A stretch of DNA of 64,000 nt from an uncultured Clostridia bacterium (GCA_947630015.1 CANRFY010000003.1:61413-125412); one strand, 5' to 3'. Counted from the stretch's first letter, positions 17,597-26,419 are shown. A program made the numbers and translations. The notes: generated from the letters alone by a model not told the origin.

Positions 17597-18359
17597 ATTC
17601 GGGGATATTCTCCGTTTCTGTCGGATTTGCGGCAAGCTCGAACGTGAGCGATTCTGTCCTTAGCGTGCCGTCGTCTGCGGGATGAGCATCATCCTCGACG
17701 ATTCTGATCCTCTGGCTGCGCAAAAGCTCGAGTATGGCCAAAAATACGGCGATCATATCGCTTTTCGATTCCTCGCGCATAAGGAGCGTTTCTGCGTCGG
17801 CGCGTCCGTGTTCGTTCATGTAGCTCATGACAGATTCCGCCTTTTCGGCGGCGGTGGCGGCGCGCTTTTTGATCAGCGGCGTGACGCGCGCCGACGACGC
17901 CTCGACCGCGCGCGCCTCGGACAAAACGCGTCCGAGCGCCTTTGACAAAAGCGATATGTCGTGATCGTTTATCGTCGTGTCGGGTTTGATCTCGTCCGTG
18001 TCCTTTATCATCCGCCCGCCGTAAACGGAGTACATATCGTAAAGCGCGGACGCGGCCTCCTTCGCGCGCGCGTATTCCAGAATGGCGCGCGACAGATCGA
18101 GCGCGGGATCGTCCTCGCTCTTTTCCGGCTTAGGCAGGAGCATTCTGCTTTTGATGAGCATCAGCCGGCTCGCCATCACGATGAAATCGGACGACGCGTC
18201 GAGATCCCTGTCCTCGGCGGCGTTTATGTAGTCGAGATATTGATCGCATATGATGCTGATCGGTATGTCGGCGATATCGAATTTATTCTTTTGTATGAGC
18301 GATAAAAGCAGATCGAGCGGACCCTCGAACTGATCGAGCCTGTACGTGATCGTTTCCAT
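17589..18359 (-). CDS. scpA: Segregation and condensation protein A
   Basis: FEGPLDLLL...IPISIICDQYL...KSRMLLP; FLAILELLR. Confidence 0.95.
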   Translation of the reverse strand: METITYRLDQFEGPLDLLLSLIQKNKFDIADIPISIICDQYLDYINAAEDRDLDASSDFIVMASRLMLIKSRMLLPKPEKSEDDPALDLSRAILEYARAKEAASALYDMYSVYGGRMIKDTDEIKPDTTINDHDISLLSKALGRVLSEARAVEASSARVTPLIKKRAATAAEKAESVMSYMNEHGRADAETLLMREESKSDMIAVFLAILELLRSQRIRIVEDDAHPADDGTLRTESLTFELAANPTETENIPEYD

Positions 18360-18365
18360 GGCGCG

Positions 18366-19049
18366 TTATCCCAAAAACGGCAGAAGCGAAACCGCCGAGT
18401 GTATCGCGTTCGACAGCCAGATAACGGCGGCGGACAAAACGCCGTTCAAAACGCCCGTCCAGATCAGAGCGAACATGGCGAGCATGATATAGCGCTCGTA
18501 GCGCATGACGCCGAAGTAGTATTTCTCCGGCAGAAACGCGTAAAGCACGCGCGAGCCGTCGAGCGGCGGCACGGGGATCATGTTGAACACGGCGAGGGAG
18601 AGATTGAGCAGATAGAACGTCTGTATAAAATAAAAGATGAAATACGTGACGTAATAGGCGAACTCCGACATTTCCGCCGCGTTCGGCCAGACTGCGCCGA
18701 GGATCGCATATCCGATCGATTCGAGCAGTATCGCGATTATCGCAAGACACAAGTTCGAGATCGGCCCCGCGATGGCGGTCAGCGCCATGTCGCGCTTCGG
18801 ATGCTCGAAATATCGCGTATTTATCGGCACAGGCTTTGCGAAGCCGAAGCCGAGAAATATCATACAGATGCAGCCGAGCGGCGTCAGATGGCGGAGCGGA
18901 TTGAGCGACAGGCGTCCCATGTCGCGCGCCGTCGTGTCGCCGAGCTTATAGGCGACGAGTCCGTGACAGACCTCATGTACCGTCAGCGCGATCAGCACGG
19001 CCGGTATGCGGAAAAGATATGGCAGTATCCTAAAGATAAGATCAGACAT
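18366..19049 (-). CDS. Site-2 protease family (M50) zinc metalloprotease
   Basis: HEVCHG (HExxH), GRLSLNPLRH, AGPISN, FNMIPVPPLDG. Confidence 0.93.
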   Translation of the reverse strand: MSDLIFRILPYLFRIPAVLIALTVHEVCHGLVAYKLGDTTARDMGRLSLNPLRHLTPLGCICMIFLGFGFAKPVPINTRYFEHPKRDMALTAIAGPISNLCLAIIAILLESIGYAILGAVWPNAAEMSEFAYYVTYFIFYFIQTFYLLNLSLAVFNMIPVPPLDGSRVLYAFLPEKYYFGVMRYERYIMLAMFALIWTGVLNGVLSAAVIWLSNAIHSAVSLLPFLG

Positions 19050-19651
19050 TATTTAACTCCGGTGACGGATGAAACGAGGCTCCAAACCTCGCGTATTCCG
19101 ATGTTTTTTGTGGAAGAGAAGGGGATGATGGGCGCGTCGGCGGCGATATTCGGGTGAGTCTGCAATGCGCCGACGTTTGATTCAAGCTCCGATTTCGAGC
19201 ATTTGTCGCATTTCGTCGCGATCACGGCGTAGGGGATGCCGCTTTCGTTGAGCCAGCCGAGCATCGTGTTGTCGTCGGACGTCGGACCGATCCGCACGTC
19301 GACGAGCTGGAGGACGAGACGCAATAGATCGATATTCGGATTGCGCACGAGATAGCCGTCTGTCAGCGCCGACCATTTTGCCTGCTCCTCGCGCGTCCGT
19401 TTCGCGTAGCCGTAGCCGGGCAGATCGACGAGGAACAGCTTGCCGTCGACGCGGTAATAGTTGACGGTGATCGTCTTGCCGGGCGTGCTGCTGACGCGCG
19501 CGAGCGATTTTCGACCGAGAAGCGCGTTGACGAGCGAGCTTTTGCCGACATTGGAGCGCCCCGAAAGCGCCACCTGCGGCAGCGGCTCCTTTATGAATTG
19601 ATCGGGTCTGCCCGCCGATATCGCGAGCGTTACATTGTTTGTGTTGAGCAT
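19049..19651 (-). CDS. engB: Ribosome biogenesis GTPase EngB/YihA/YsxC
   Basis: G1 GRSNVGKSS, G3 DLPGYG, G4 TKCDK. Confidence 0.96.
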   Translation of the reverse strand: MLNTNNVTLAISAGRPDQFIKEPLPQVALSGRSNVGKSSLVNALLGRKSLARVSSTPGKTITVNYYRVDGKLFLVDLPGYGYAKRTREEQAKWSALTDGYLVRNPNIDLLRLVLQLVDVRIGPTSDDNTMLGWLNESGIPYAVIATKCDKCSKSELESNVGALQTHPNIAADAPIIPFSSTKNIGIREVWSLVSSVTGVK

Positions 19652-19698
19652 AGTTTTATTCTTTCCGAGGTGATGAATCGCGGCGGCTGACGCCGATT

Positions 19699-22113
19699 TC
19701 AGATCAGACGCAGCACGCAGTACGTGTCGCCGCGCCGCGCGATCGAGCAGCCTTCGCTGTCAAAGCGCGAGATGCGGTCGAACTCGAACGGGACGAGCAT
19801 ATTGCCGTCAATGTCGACGACGCCGAATCTGCCGTGATCGTCCTTGACGATCGCGTGTCCGCGCTCGGCGGATACGTCCGCATACACGGGAGGCATAACG
19901 ATGTTGCCGTCATAGTCGAGGATCGCGGTGCGATCGTCGTCGGTCTTTGCCCGTATATACCCGCTTCCCGGGTACGAGGAGCCTGCGTAGCACAGTCCGC
20001 GCAGCTCGTTTATGACGTTGCCAAACCTGTCTATGATGAACTCGCGCCCGTCGCGGAACGCGACGTATCTGCCGCTGTCGCTAAGATTATAGATCACATT
20101 GTACAGAAGCTGCAGGATGACGTTTCCCGATTTGTCTATCAGCCCCTTGCGTATGTTTTTACATCTGAGGTGGACGAGCCTGTCGCGGTCCGCGGCTGTT
20201 TTAGCGTTGCTCGAGTCCTGATGCTCGATCTCCCCGCGCGATATGAGCGCGACGCCGGCTCTGAAGTCGCCGACGAAATCGACGTCATGCAGGGGACCTA
20301 TCACGGTGTTGTTGTCTCTGTCGATGCAGCGCCAAAACCCGTCCTTTTTGACGCGCATAAGCCCCTCGCGAAAATATGTGTAGATGATGCAGTCCGGCAC
20401 GTCGTATTCAAACGGGATCACGGTTTTGCCGTGAACGTCGACGTAACCGACCCTGCCGCCCCTTACGACGGAGATAAGCTCGCCGTCGAATCCTAAGTAG
20501 TCCTTATATGCCTCGTCGCGTTCGATGTCGGAGAGACGGAATATCACATCTCCGCGTGTGTCGATATAGACATTCTCGCCTTCGAGGGCGGCAAGCGCGT
20601 GCTGTGTGATCTCGCCGTCTTCGCAGAACGCGTCCGCATAATCAAAGCGGAACGGTATCGCGCGCTCGCCGCGCGTGTCGATGTAGCCGTATTTGCCGTT
20701 TTCGTCGGCGACGCAGGCGAGGCCGGAGCGGAACCGCGTGTCGTTGTACGTGTAATATTCGTCTCCGTTTTGATCGACGATCTTTTGCCTCGGATCGCGG
20801 AACACGGCCGGTATTTTGAGCCTGCCCGTGCGGTCGATGTATCCGCACCGCCCGTCGCTGTACTGCACATACGCAAGCCCCTGCGAAAAGTCGTCGACAT
20901 AAACGAATCCGCCGTCGATCGGCGCGAGCGTGTACGTTTTGCCGATCCCGTATGACGCGCGGGCGCTCTGTCGAATTCCGCGCGGCGCGTTGTATTCGAT
21001 GATGCCGCTCCAGAACGGGATGCGGACGGATGCGCCGGCGACGCCGTCCTTTCCCGAAAATTCGCGCGACAGGAAATCGGCGAGATTCGAGCCGCAAACG
21101 ATTGTGCTGCCGCCGGAGGCGGAGATCACGGGCGGATCGTCGACGCCGTCGACGGCGCAGACGCAGCGGCGGCCGTATATCGGTATGAGCGCCGGCGCGC
21201 CGCGCATGATCTCACAAAACCGCGCCTCGAACGCGTCGTCACACTGCGGCCGTTCGCCCCATAAAGGCAGCCAAAAGCCGTCCTTGACGTCAGCCCATAG
21301 CGATTCCTTCGGCTCGCGGATGCGAGCATTTATCGCTTCGACGTTTTCATTTGACATATCGAGCCACGACGGAAAATATCCGTCCGCATCCGTCGGCACG
21401 CCGAGCATATAAAACTCCGCAAGCGTCTTCGGGAATTTTATGCCGTAAAGAGACTCGATCTTTTCTATCTGCGCCCTGTCCGCCTCCGTGAATGCGACGC
21501 CGCGCGCCTCAAGCTCACGCCTCAGCTTTTCGAGTCTGCCGCTCTTCGTTCTGCCGTTTGCCATCACATACCCTCTTTCGTTCAGATAACGCCGCAGCTT
21601 TTCGCGCAGCCGCGTCAGCCTCACCGAAACCGACTTCACGCTGATCCCGAGCGCGCGCGAGATTTCGTCATACGAATCGGAAAACATGAACCTGCGCGTG
21701 AACAGCAGCCTTTCGGCGGACGAAAGCGACCGCAGAAAATCGCTTATCACAAGGCGCAGCGCGTCCGCCTCAAGCTCGTCGAAAACGTCGACGCCGGAGG
21801 CGAGCGTTGATTCGTAATCGGAAAGATCGTATGTGACGCCGCAGCGCTTCTGCGCTTTTCTTGATCTTACGCGGTTATACGATATGTGCCGCGCCGTTTC
21901 CGAAAGATATGCGTAAAGCGGCGACGGCGCGCCCGATTTTGCCGAATTCCACACGGCGAGGAACGCGTCGTTGACGCATTCCTCCGCGTCGAGGCGGTCG
22001 CGCGTTATCGAGAACGAGAGCGCGCGCAGGCGGTCGCCGTACTTTTTCTCCATCTCGCATATCGCGCGCTCCGAGCGCGATATGAGCATCCGTATTATCG
22101 TCTCGTCGTTCAT
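19699..22113 (-). CDS. ECF sigma factor - SMI1/KNR4(SUKH)-like domain - WG-repeat fusion protein
   Basis: One uninterrupted frame (upstream alternative GTG at 22194). Sigma region 2 (DAEECVNDAFLAVW) and region 4 (SYDEISRALGISVKSVSVRLTRLREKL); then IEKIESLYGIKFPKTLAEFY...APALIPIYGRR...IPFWS; then repeats of type F-x-x-G-L...G-Y-I-D-x-x-G-x-x-x-I-P. Confidence 0.85.
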   Translation of the reverse strand: MNDETIIRMLISRSERAICEMEKKYGDRLRALSFSITRDRLDAEECVNDAFLAVWNSAKSGAPSPLYAYLSETARHISYNRVRSRKAQKRCGVTYDLSDYESTLASGVDVFDELEADALRLVISDFLRSLSSAERLLFTRRFMFSDSYDEISRALGISVKSVSVRLTRLREKLRRYLNERGYVMANGRTKSGRLEKLRRELEARGVAFTEADRAQIEKIESLYGIKFPKTLAEFYMLGVPTDADGYFPSWLDMSNENVEAINARIREPKESLWADVKDGFWLPLWGERPQCDDAFEARFCEIMRGAPALIPIYGRRCVCAVDGVDDPPVISASGGSTIVCGSNLADFLSREFSGKDGVAGASVRIPFWSGIIEYNAPRGIRQSARASYGIGKTYTLAPIDGGFVYVDDFSQGLAYVQYSDGRCGYIDRTGRLKIPAVFRDPRQKIVDQNGDEYYTYNDTRFRSGLACVADENGKYGYIDTRGERAIPFRFDYADAFCEDGEITQHALAALEGENVYIDTRGDVIFRLSDIERDEAYKDYLGFDGELISVVRGGRVGYVDVHGKTVIPFEYDVPDCIIYTYFREGLMRVKKDGFWRCIDRDNNTVIGPLHDVDFVGDFRAGVALISRGEIEHQDSSNAKTAADRDRLVHLRCKNIRKGLIDKSGNVILQLLYNVIYNLSDSGRYVAFRDGREFIIDRFGNVINELRGLCYAGSSYPGSGYIRAKTDDDRTAILDYDGNIVMPPVYADVSAERGHAIVKDDHGRFGVVDIDGNMLVPFEFDRISRFDSEGCSIARRGDTYCVLRLI

Positions 22114-22222
22114 ACGGCGGCGCCGTTCTTTGCGGCGTTGTCTTTCAGCGTATGTGAATCGTGATTTGAATATTTCGTTTTCATTCCGTGCCACACCCGA
22201 TTTTGTTTTTTCACGTTTTTAT

Positions 22223-22281
22223 GCGGGGCGGGGAAGCGCCGGCATCGCAGTCGTTCCGGTGCGATCCGCGCTCCGCCCCCG
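22223..22281. repeat. 59-nt imperfect hairpin between lon and the ECF fusion gene
   Basis: GCGGGGCGG...CCGCCCCGC outer stem and ATCGCA...TGCGAT inner stem. Confidence 0.7.
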
Positions 22282-22338
22282 CGTAATGTAATATACCCGT
22301 TTTTGTGAAAAAACTACGCGCTGGCGGCACGGGGAAGA

Positions 22339-24762
22339 TCACGTTATATTGTAGGTCGACGTGATCTTTGTCGGTATCGTCGGCAGCATCGTGTCGTATT
22401 CGCACTCGCATTCGGGCGCGCGCCTCGTGCATTCGCCGCGTCGCGGCTCGTCGGCGAATATGACGCCGAGCGCGTCGGACGCGCTCGAAATGAGCGTGAA
22501 TTCGACGTTTGCGCGCACGTTCGGGTCGATTTCTTCAAGATCAGCCTCGTTGTCGCGCGGGATCAGGATGCGGCGCACGCCTGCGGCGTATGCGGCCGAC
22601 GTCTTCTCGCGCAGCCCGCCGATCGCGAGGATGCGTCCCGTCAGCGTCAGCTCGCCTGTCATGGAAATGTCGGGACGTGCGGGACGCGCGGACAGCGCGC
22701 TCACCATCGCGCACAGCATCGTGACGCCGGCGGACGGGCCGTCCTTCGGCGTCGCGCCTTCGGGGATATGGATGTGGATGTCCTTCGTTTTATAAAAATC
22801 GGGCGCGACCCCAAGCTCGTCGGCGTGCGCGCGGATGTAGCTCACGCCGATGCCGGCCGATTCCTTCATCACGTCGCCGAGCGAGCCTGTCAGTTTGATC
22901 TGACCCGTGCCGTCCATGACGAGCGCCTCGATTTTCAACAAATCGCCTCCGACGGAGGTGTACGCCATCCCGTTGACGACGCCGATCTCGGGCGTATCAG
23001 ATATGCGCTCCGGCATGACGCGCCGCGCGCCGAGATACGATTTTATGTCCGCCGCCGTGATCGACGCCGTTTTGCATTCGCCCTCGACGAATTTGCGCGC
23101 CGCCTTGCGGCACAGCGCCGCGATATCGCGTTCGAGGCCGCGGACGCCTGCCTCGGCGGTGTAGTAGTCGATAAGCTCGAATATGGCGTCGTCGCGGATG
23201 CGGAAGCGGCGGCGGTCAAGGCCGTGGCGCTTGCACTGCTTCGGTATCAGATGATTTTTCGCGATCGACAGCTTTTCCGCGCGGGTATAGGATGAAAGCT
23301 CGATGACCTCCATTCTGTCGAGCAGCGGACGCGGCACGGTGTCGAGCGTGTTCGCCGTGCAGATGAACATACAGTCGGAGAGATCAAACGGCAGCTCGAC
23401 GAAATGATCGCGGAAGTTTTTGTTTTGTTCGGAGTCAAGCACCTCCAGCATCGCGGAGGCGGGATCGCCGTGGGCGTCGCGCGTCAGCTTGTCTATCTCG
23501 TCGAAGAGAATGAGCGGATTTTTGACGCCCGCGTCTGTGAGCGCGGCGATTATGCGGCCAGGCATCGCGCCTATGTACGTCTTGCGGTGGCCGCGGATGT
23601 CGGCCTCGTCGCGGACGCCGCCGAGCGATACGCGCACGTACTTGCGCTTCATCGCGCGCGCGATCGATTTCGCGATCGACGTCTTGCCCGTCCCGGGAGG
23701 GCCGTAGAGGCAGATTATCTGATGGCGCAGCTCCGGCGAGAGCTGCTTGACTGCGAGATATTCGAGAATGCGGTCCTTGACCTTGTCAAGGCCGTCGTGA
23801 TCCTCGTCAAGGATTTTTTTCGCGGCGGCGACGTCGACGCGGTCCTTCGTCGCCGAATTCCACGGCAGCGCAAGACACGTATCGAGATAATTGCGCACAA
23901 GCGCCGAATCGGGCGTCCCCTGCTGGAGCTGACCGAGACGCGACGCCTCCTTCAACAGTTTATCGCGTACCTCGTCCGGCAGCTTGGCGGCCTCGATCTT
24001 GTCTAAATAATCCTCGTCGTCGGAATAGCCGAGTTCGTCGTTTATGACGCGCAGCTGTTCGCGCAGGAAATGCTCCCTCTGCGCTTCGCCCATCGATTCG
24101 CGGACGTGATTCTGGATCTCGGCCTCAAGCTCGATAAGCTCCGCCTCGTCGCCGAGCAGGCGCAGCGTCACGGACATACGCCTGATCGGATCGAATTGTT
24201 CGAGTACGCGCTGGCGGTTCTCCCATTTGACGAGCGCGCCCGACGCGATAAAATCGCACAGAAGCCCGGGCGAATTGATCGCGCGCGCAGCCGCGAGCAG
24301 CTCGCGCGATATGTGGCGCTGGGAGACGCGCTCCTCAAGCTCGCCGCACAGAACGCGCATACCGGCGCGCGTGCGCGCGTCAGGCTCGCCGTCGAGGGTG
24401 ACGGTCTTCGTCATGACGTCGGCGGTGATGTAATCGCCGTTGTTGTGCCAGCCGTTGACGACGGCGCGGCACTGACCCTCGACAAGCACGCGCATCGCGT
24501 CCTCCGGCGTGCGCACCGACTGCTTGATGCGCGCGACGCATCCGACGCCGTAGACGTCGGAGCGCTTGGGGTCGTCGCAGGCTATGTCGCGCTGAGTCAC
24601 GAGCAGTATCATCATGTCGGACGACAGCGCTGCCTCGACTGCGGCGATCGAGATATCGCGCTCGCATTCAAAGCTGAGCGGCACCGACGGGAACGCGACG
24701 AGTCCGCGCAGCGCGACTGCGGGGAGCGTCATCGTATCGGCTTTTTCAGTGAATCTCGGCAT
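22339..24762 (-). CDS. lon: ATP-dependent Lon protease
   Basis: LON N domain; Walker A GPPGTGKTS; catalytic PKDGPSAG and IGGLREK. Confidence 0.97.
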   Translation of the reverse strand: MPRFTEKADTMTLPAVALRGLVAFPSVPLSFECERDISIAAVEAALSSDMMILLVTQRDIACDDPKRSDVYGVGCVARIKQSVRTPEDAMRVLVEGQCRAVVNGWHNNGDYITADVMTKTVTLDGEPDARTRAGMRVLCGELEERVSQRHISRELLAAARAINSPGLLCDFIASGALVKWENRQRVLEQFDPIRRMSVTLRLLGDEAELIELEAEIQNHVRESMGEAQREHFLREQLRVINDELGYSDDEDYLDKIEAAKLPDEVRDKLLKEASRLGQLQQGTPDSALVRNYLDTCLALPWNSATKDRVDVAAAKKILDEDHDGLDKVKDRILEYLAVKQLSPELRHQIICLYGPPGTGKTSIAKSIARAMKRKYVRVSLGGVRDEADIRGHRKTYIGAMPGRIIAALTDAGVKNPLILFDEIDKLTRDAHGDPASAMLEVLDSEQNKNFRDHFVELPFDLSDCMFICTANTLDTVPRPLLDRMEVIELSSYTRAEKLSIAKNHLIPKQCKRHGLDRRRFRIRDDAIFELIDYYTAEAGVRGLERDIAALCRKAARKFVEGECKTASITAADIKSYLGARRVMPERISDTPEIGVVNGMAYTSVGGDLLKIEALVMDGTGQIKLTGSLGDVMKESAGIGVSYIRAHADELGVAPDFYKTKDIHIHIPEGATPKDGPSAGVTMLCAMVSALSARPARPDISMTGELTLTGRILAIGGLREKTSAAYAAGVRRILIPRDNEADLEEIDPNVRANVEFTLISSASDALGVIFADEPRRGECTRRAPECECEYDTMLPTIPTKITSTYNIT

Positions 24763-24857
24763 ATATAAAAAGTTTCCTTTCAGACTATCGATTTGATTCG
24801 CGGACGAAGCGCGTCCGCGGCACGGTAAAATCGCGCATTATAATGACGATACAAAAC

Positions 24858-24910
24858 ATTATATCATATATCGGCGGGAAAATCCACACTTTATTTCAGA
24901 TTTCCCGCCG
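24858..24910 (-). promoter_or_regulatory. Extended -10 promoter for lon, overlapped by an inverted repeat
   Basis: Minus strand TGATATAAT at 24858-24866; weak -35 (TGGATT) lies within CGGCGGGAAAATC-N14-GATTTCCCGCCG (24872-24910). Confidence 0.55.
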
Positions 24911-25300
24911 TTTTGCCGGAATTGCGTGAGAAAACAAAACGCGCAGCCACCCTCCGGCATGAGTGATATCATGAGATTGATATATCTCCGGATGATGACT
25001 GCGGCGCTTGTCCCGCTTTTTGCGGGAGTTAGCCAATAATTTTTTTACGGCGCGTTTATTATACAATAAGCGCGCGATTTTTGTATATAGGCAAAATGAA
25101 CGAGAATAACAAAAAAATTTCATAATTATGACCACGATTTAGTTTTGTCAAGAGAAATTGTGAAATTTCACGGAAAATCGTACCTTTGGGGGCCGCATAC
25201 GCACCGAAACATCAAAAAACGCCCAAAAACGACGCGGTTTTTACCATTTTTATGTTCGGAAAAATTTTCGCGCAAAGGGTAAAAATCTTCCGCTTACCGC

Positions 25301-25329
25301 TTGACAGACGGCGAAATATGTGCTATACT
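25301..25329 (+). promoter_or_regulatory. Strong SigA promoter of infC-rpmI-rplT
   Basis: TTGACA-17 nt-TATACT with extended TG. Confidence 0.9.
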
Positions 25330-25339
25330 CTGCACGTAA

Positions 25340-25469
25340 AAAAGAAGCGGAACATTCGTATCCCACCGTGCGGCGTCAGTCGGTACGGTCAAAATGCAGC
25401 GGTCGCGGGGCAGTATTCGCGGCGCGTTGTTTTGCGGAGGAACGGATCGTTCCCCCGTGTTTTATTTTT
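25340..25469 (+). ncRNA. Probable L20 leader (infC leader) attenuator
   Basis: Sits between the promoter and infC-rpmI-rplT; AAGAAGC...CCCACC...TCAG elements; terminator CGGAGGAACG-GAT-CGTTCCCCCG-TGTTTTATTTTT (25435-25469). Confidence 0.6.
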
Positions 25470-25509
25470 CGGGCGGCGCCATGCCGCGGCTTATATCGGA
25501 CGGAGGTAT

Positions 25510-26112
25510 ATGGCAAACAACTCTAAGGATTATCAGATCAACGACGCGATCCGCATTTCCGGCGTCGTCCGCGTTGTGGACGGCGGCGAGCAGCTCGGGA
25601 TAATTTCCGTGGCGAAGGCTAAAGAGATAGCCTACGACAAGGGACTCGATCTTGTGCTGATGTCGCCGAATTCCGATCCTCCCGTGTGCAGGATCATGGA
25701 TTACGGCAAATTCTGCTATGAGCGCGAGAAAAAGGAAAAGGAAGCAAAGCGCAAGCAGCAGACGGTCGAGATCAAGGAAGTGCAGCTTTCCTGTCGGATC
25801 GATACGCACGACTTCGAGACGATGTCGAAGCGCGCGATCGGATTTTTGTCCGGCGGAAACAAGGTCAAGGTCGTTTTGCGCTTCAAGGGGCGCGAGATGG
25901 CGCATCAGCAGATAGGCCGCGACGTACTGGCGCGGTTCGAGGACTGCTGCCGCGAATACGGCTCGGTCGATAAACGGCCGACGCTCGAGGGACGGCAGAT
26001 GACGATGATGATAAATCCTATAAAGCAGAAGGCGGATAAGCCGGAAAAGCAGCCGAAAAAGCAGGCTGCCGACGACGCCGCCGAGACCCCCGTCGAGGGC
26101 GAGGCCGTCTGA
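25510..26112 (+). CDS. infC: Translation initiation factor IF-3
   Basis: INDAIR, PPVCRIMDYGKF, IKEVQL, KVKVVLRFKGRE. Confidence 0.96.
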   Translation: MANNSKDYQINDAIRISGVVRVVDGGEQLGIISVAKAKEIAYDKGLDLVLMSPNSDPPVCRIMDYGKFCYEREKKEKEAKRKQQTVEIKEVQLSCRIDTHDFETMSKRAIGFLSGGNKVKVVLRFKGREMAHQQIGRDVLARFEDCCREYGSVDKRPTLEGRQMTMMINPIKQKADKPEKQPKKQAADDAAETPVEGEAV

Positions 26113-26184
26113 CGGCCCGATCGATTTCACGGCGGACGTTATCGTCCGATAGGGAAAGTACATTTTATTTCAAGGAGTAAAGAA

Positions 26185-26379
26185 ATGGGTAAGATCAAGA
26201 CGCATAAGGCATCGGCAAAGAGATTCTCTCTTACCGGTACGGGCAAGGTTAAGATGAATCACAGCGATCATCGTCACAAGCTTGGCAAGAAGGACACAAA
26301 GCGCAAGCGCCATCTTCGTTCCGGCGCGATCATGGAAGAGGCGCAGGCAAGAAACGTGCGCCGCATGATAATCAAATAA
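26185..26379 (+). CDS. rpmI: 50S ribosomal protein L35
   Basis: KIKTHKASAKRFSLTGTGK...RHKLGKKDTKRKRHLR. Confidence 0.97.
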   Translation: MGKIKTHKASAKRFSLTGTGKVKMNHSDHRHKLGKKDTKRKRHLRSGAIMEEAQARNVRRMIIK

Positions 26380-26419
26380 GCGCCTATTAAAGAGAGAATT
26401 TTAACGGAGGAAACAGACA

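Noticed and set aside
18366-19049. Site-2 protease as the dedicated partner of the ECF fusion
   Set aside because: The S2P-scpA-scpB linkage is common in Clostridia, and the fusion has no TM anti-sigma segment for intramembrane cleavage.
22223-22281. Possible integron attC site flanking the ECF fusion
   Set aside because: No RYYYAAC/GTTRRRY boxes, and no integrase or cassette array.
24921-24960. Possible c-di-GMP-I riboswitch (ACGCGCAGCC...CCGG)
   Set aside because: The GGCAAA/GAAA tetraloop-receptor elements and the P1 stem are not present.
25186-25509. 108-aa N-terminal extension of IF3 in the ORF track
   Set aside because: It spans the promoter and the attenuator leader; the RBS and homology begin at 25510.
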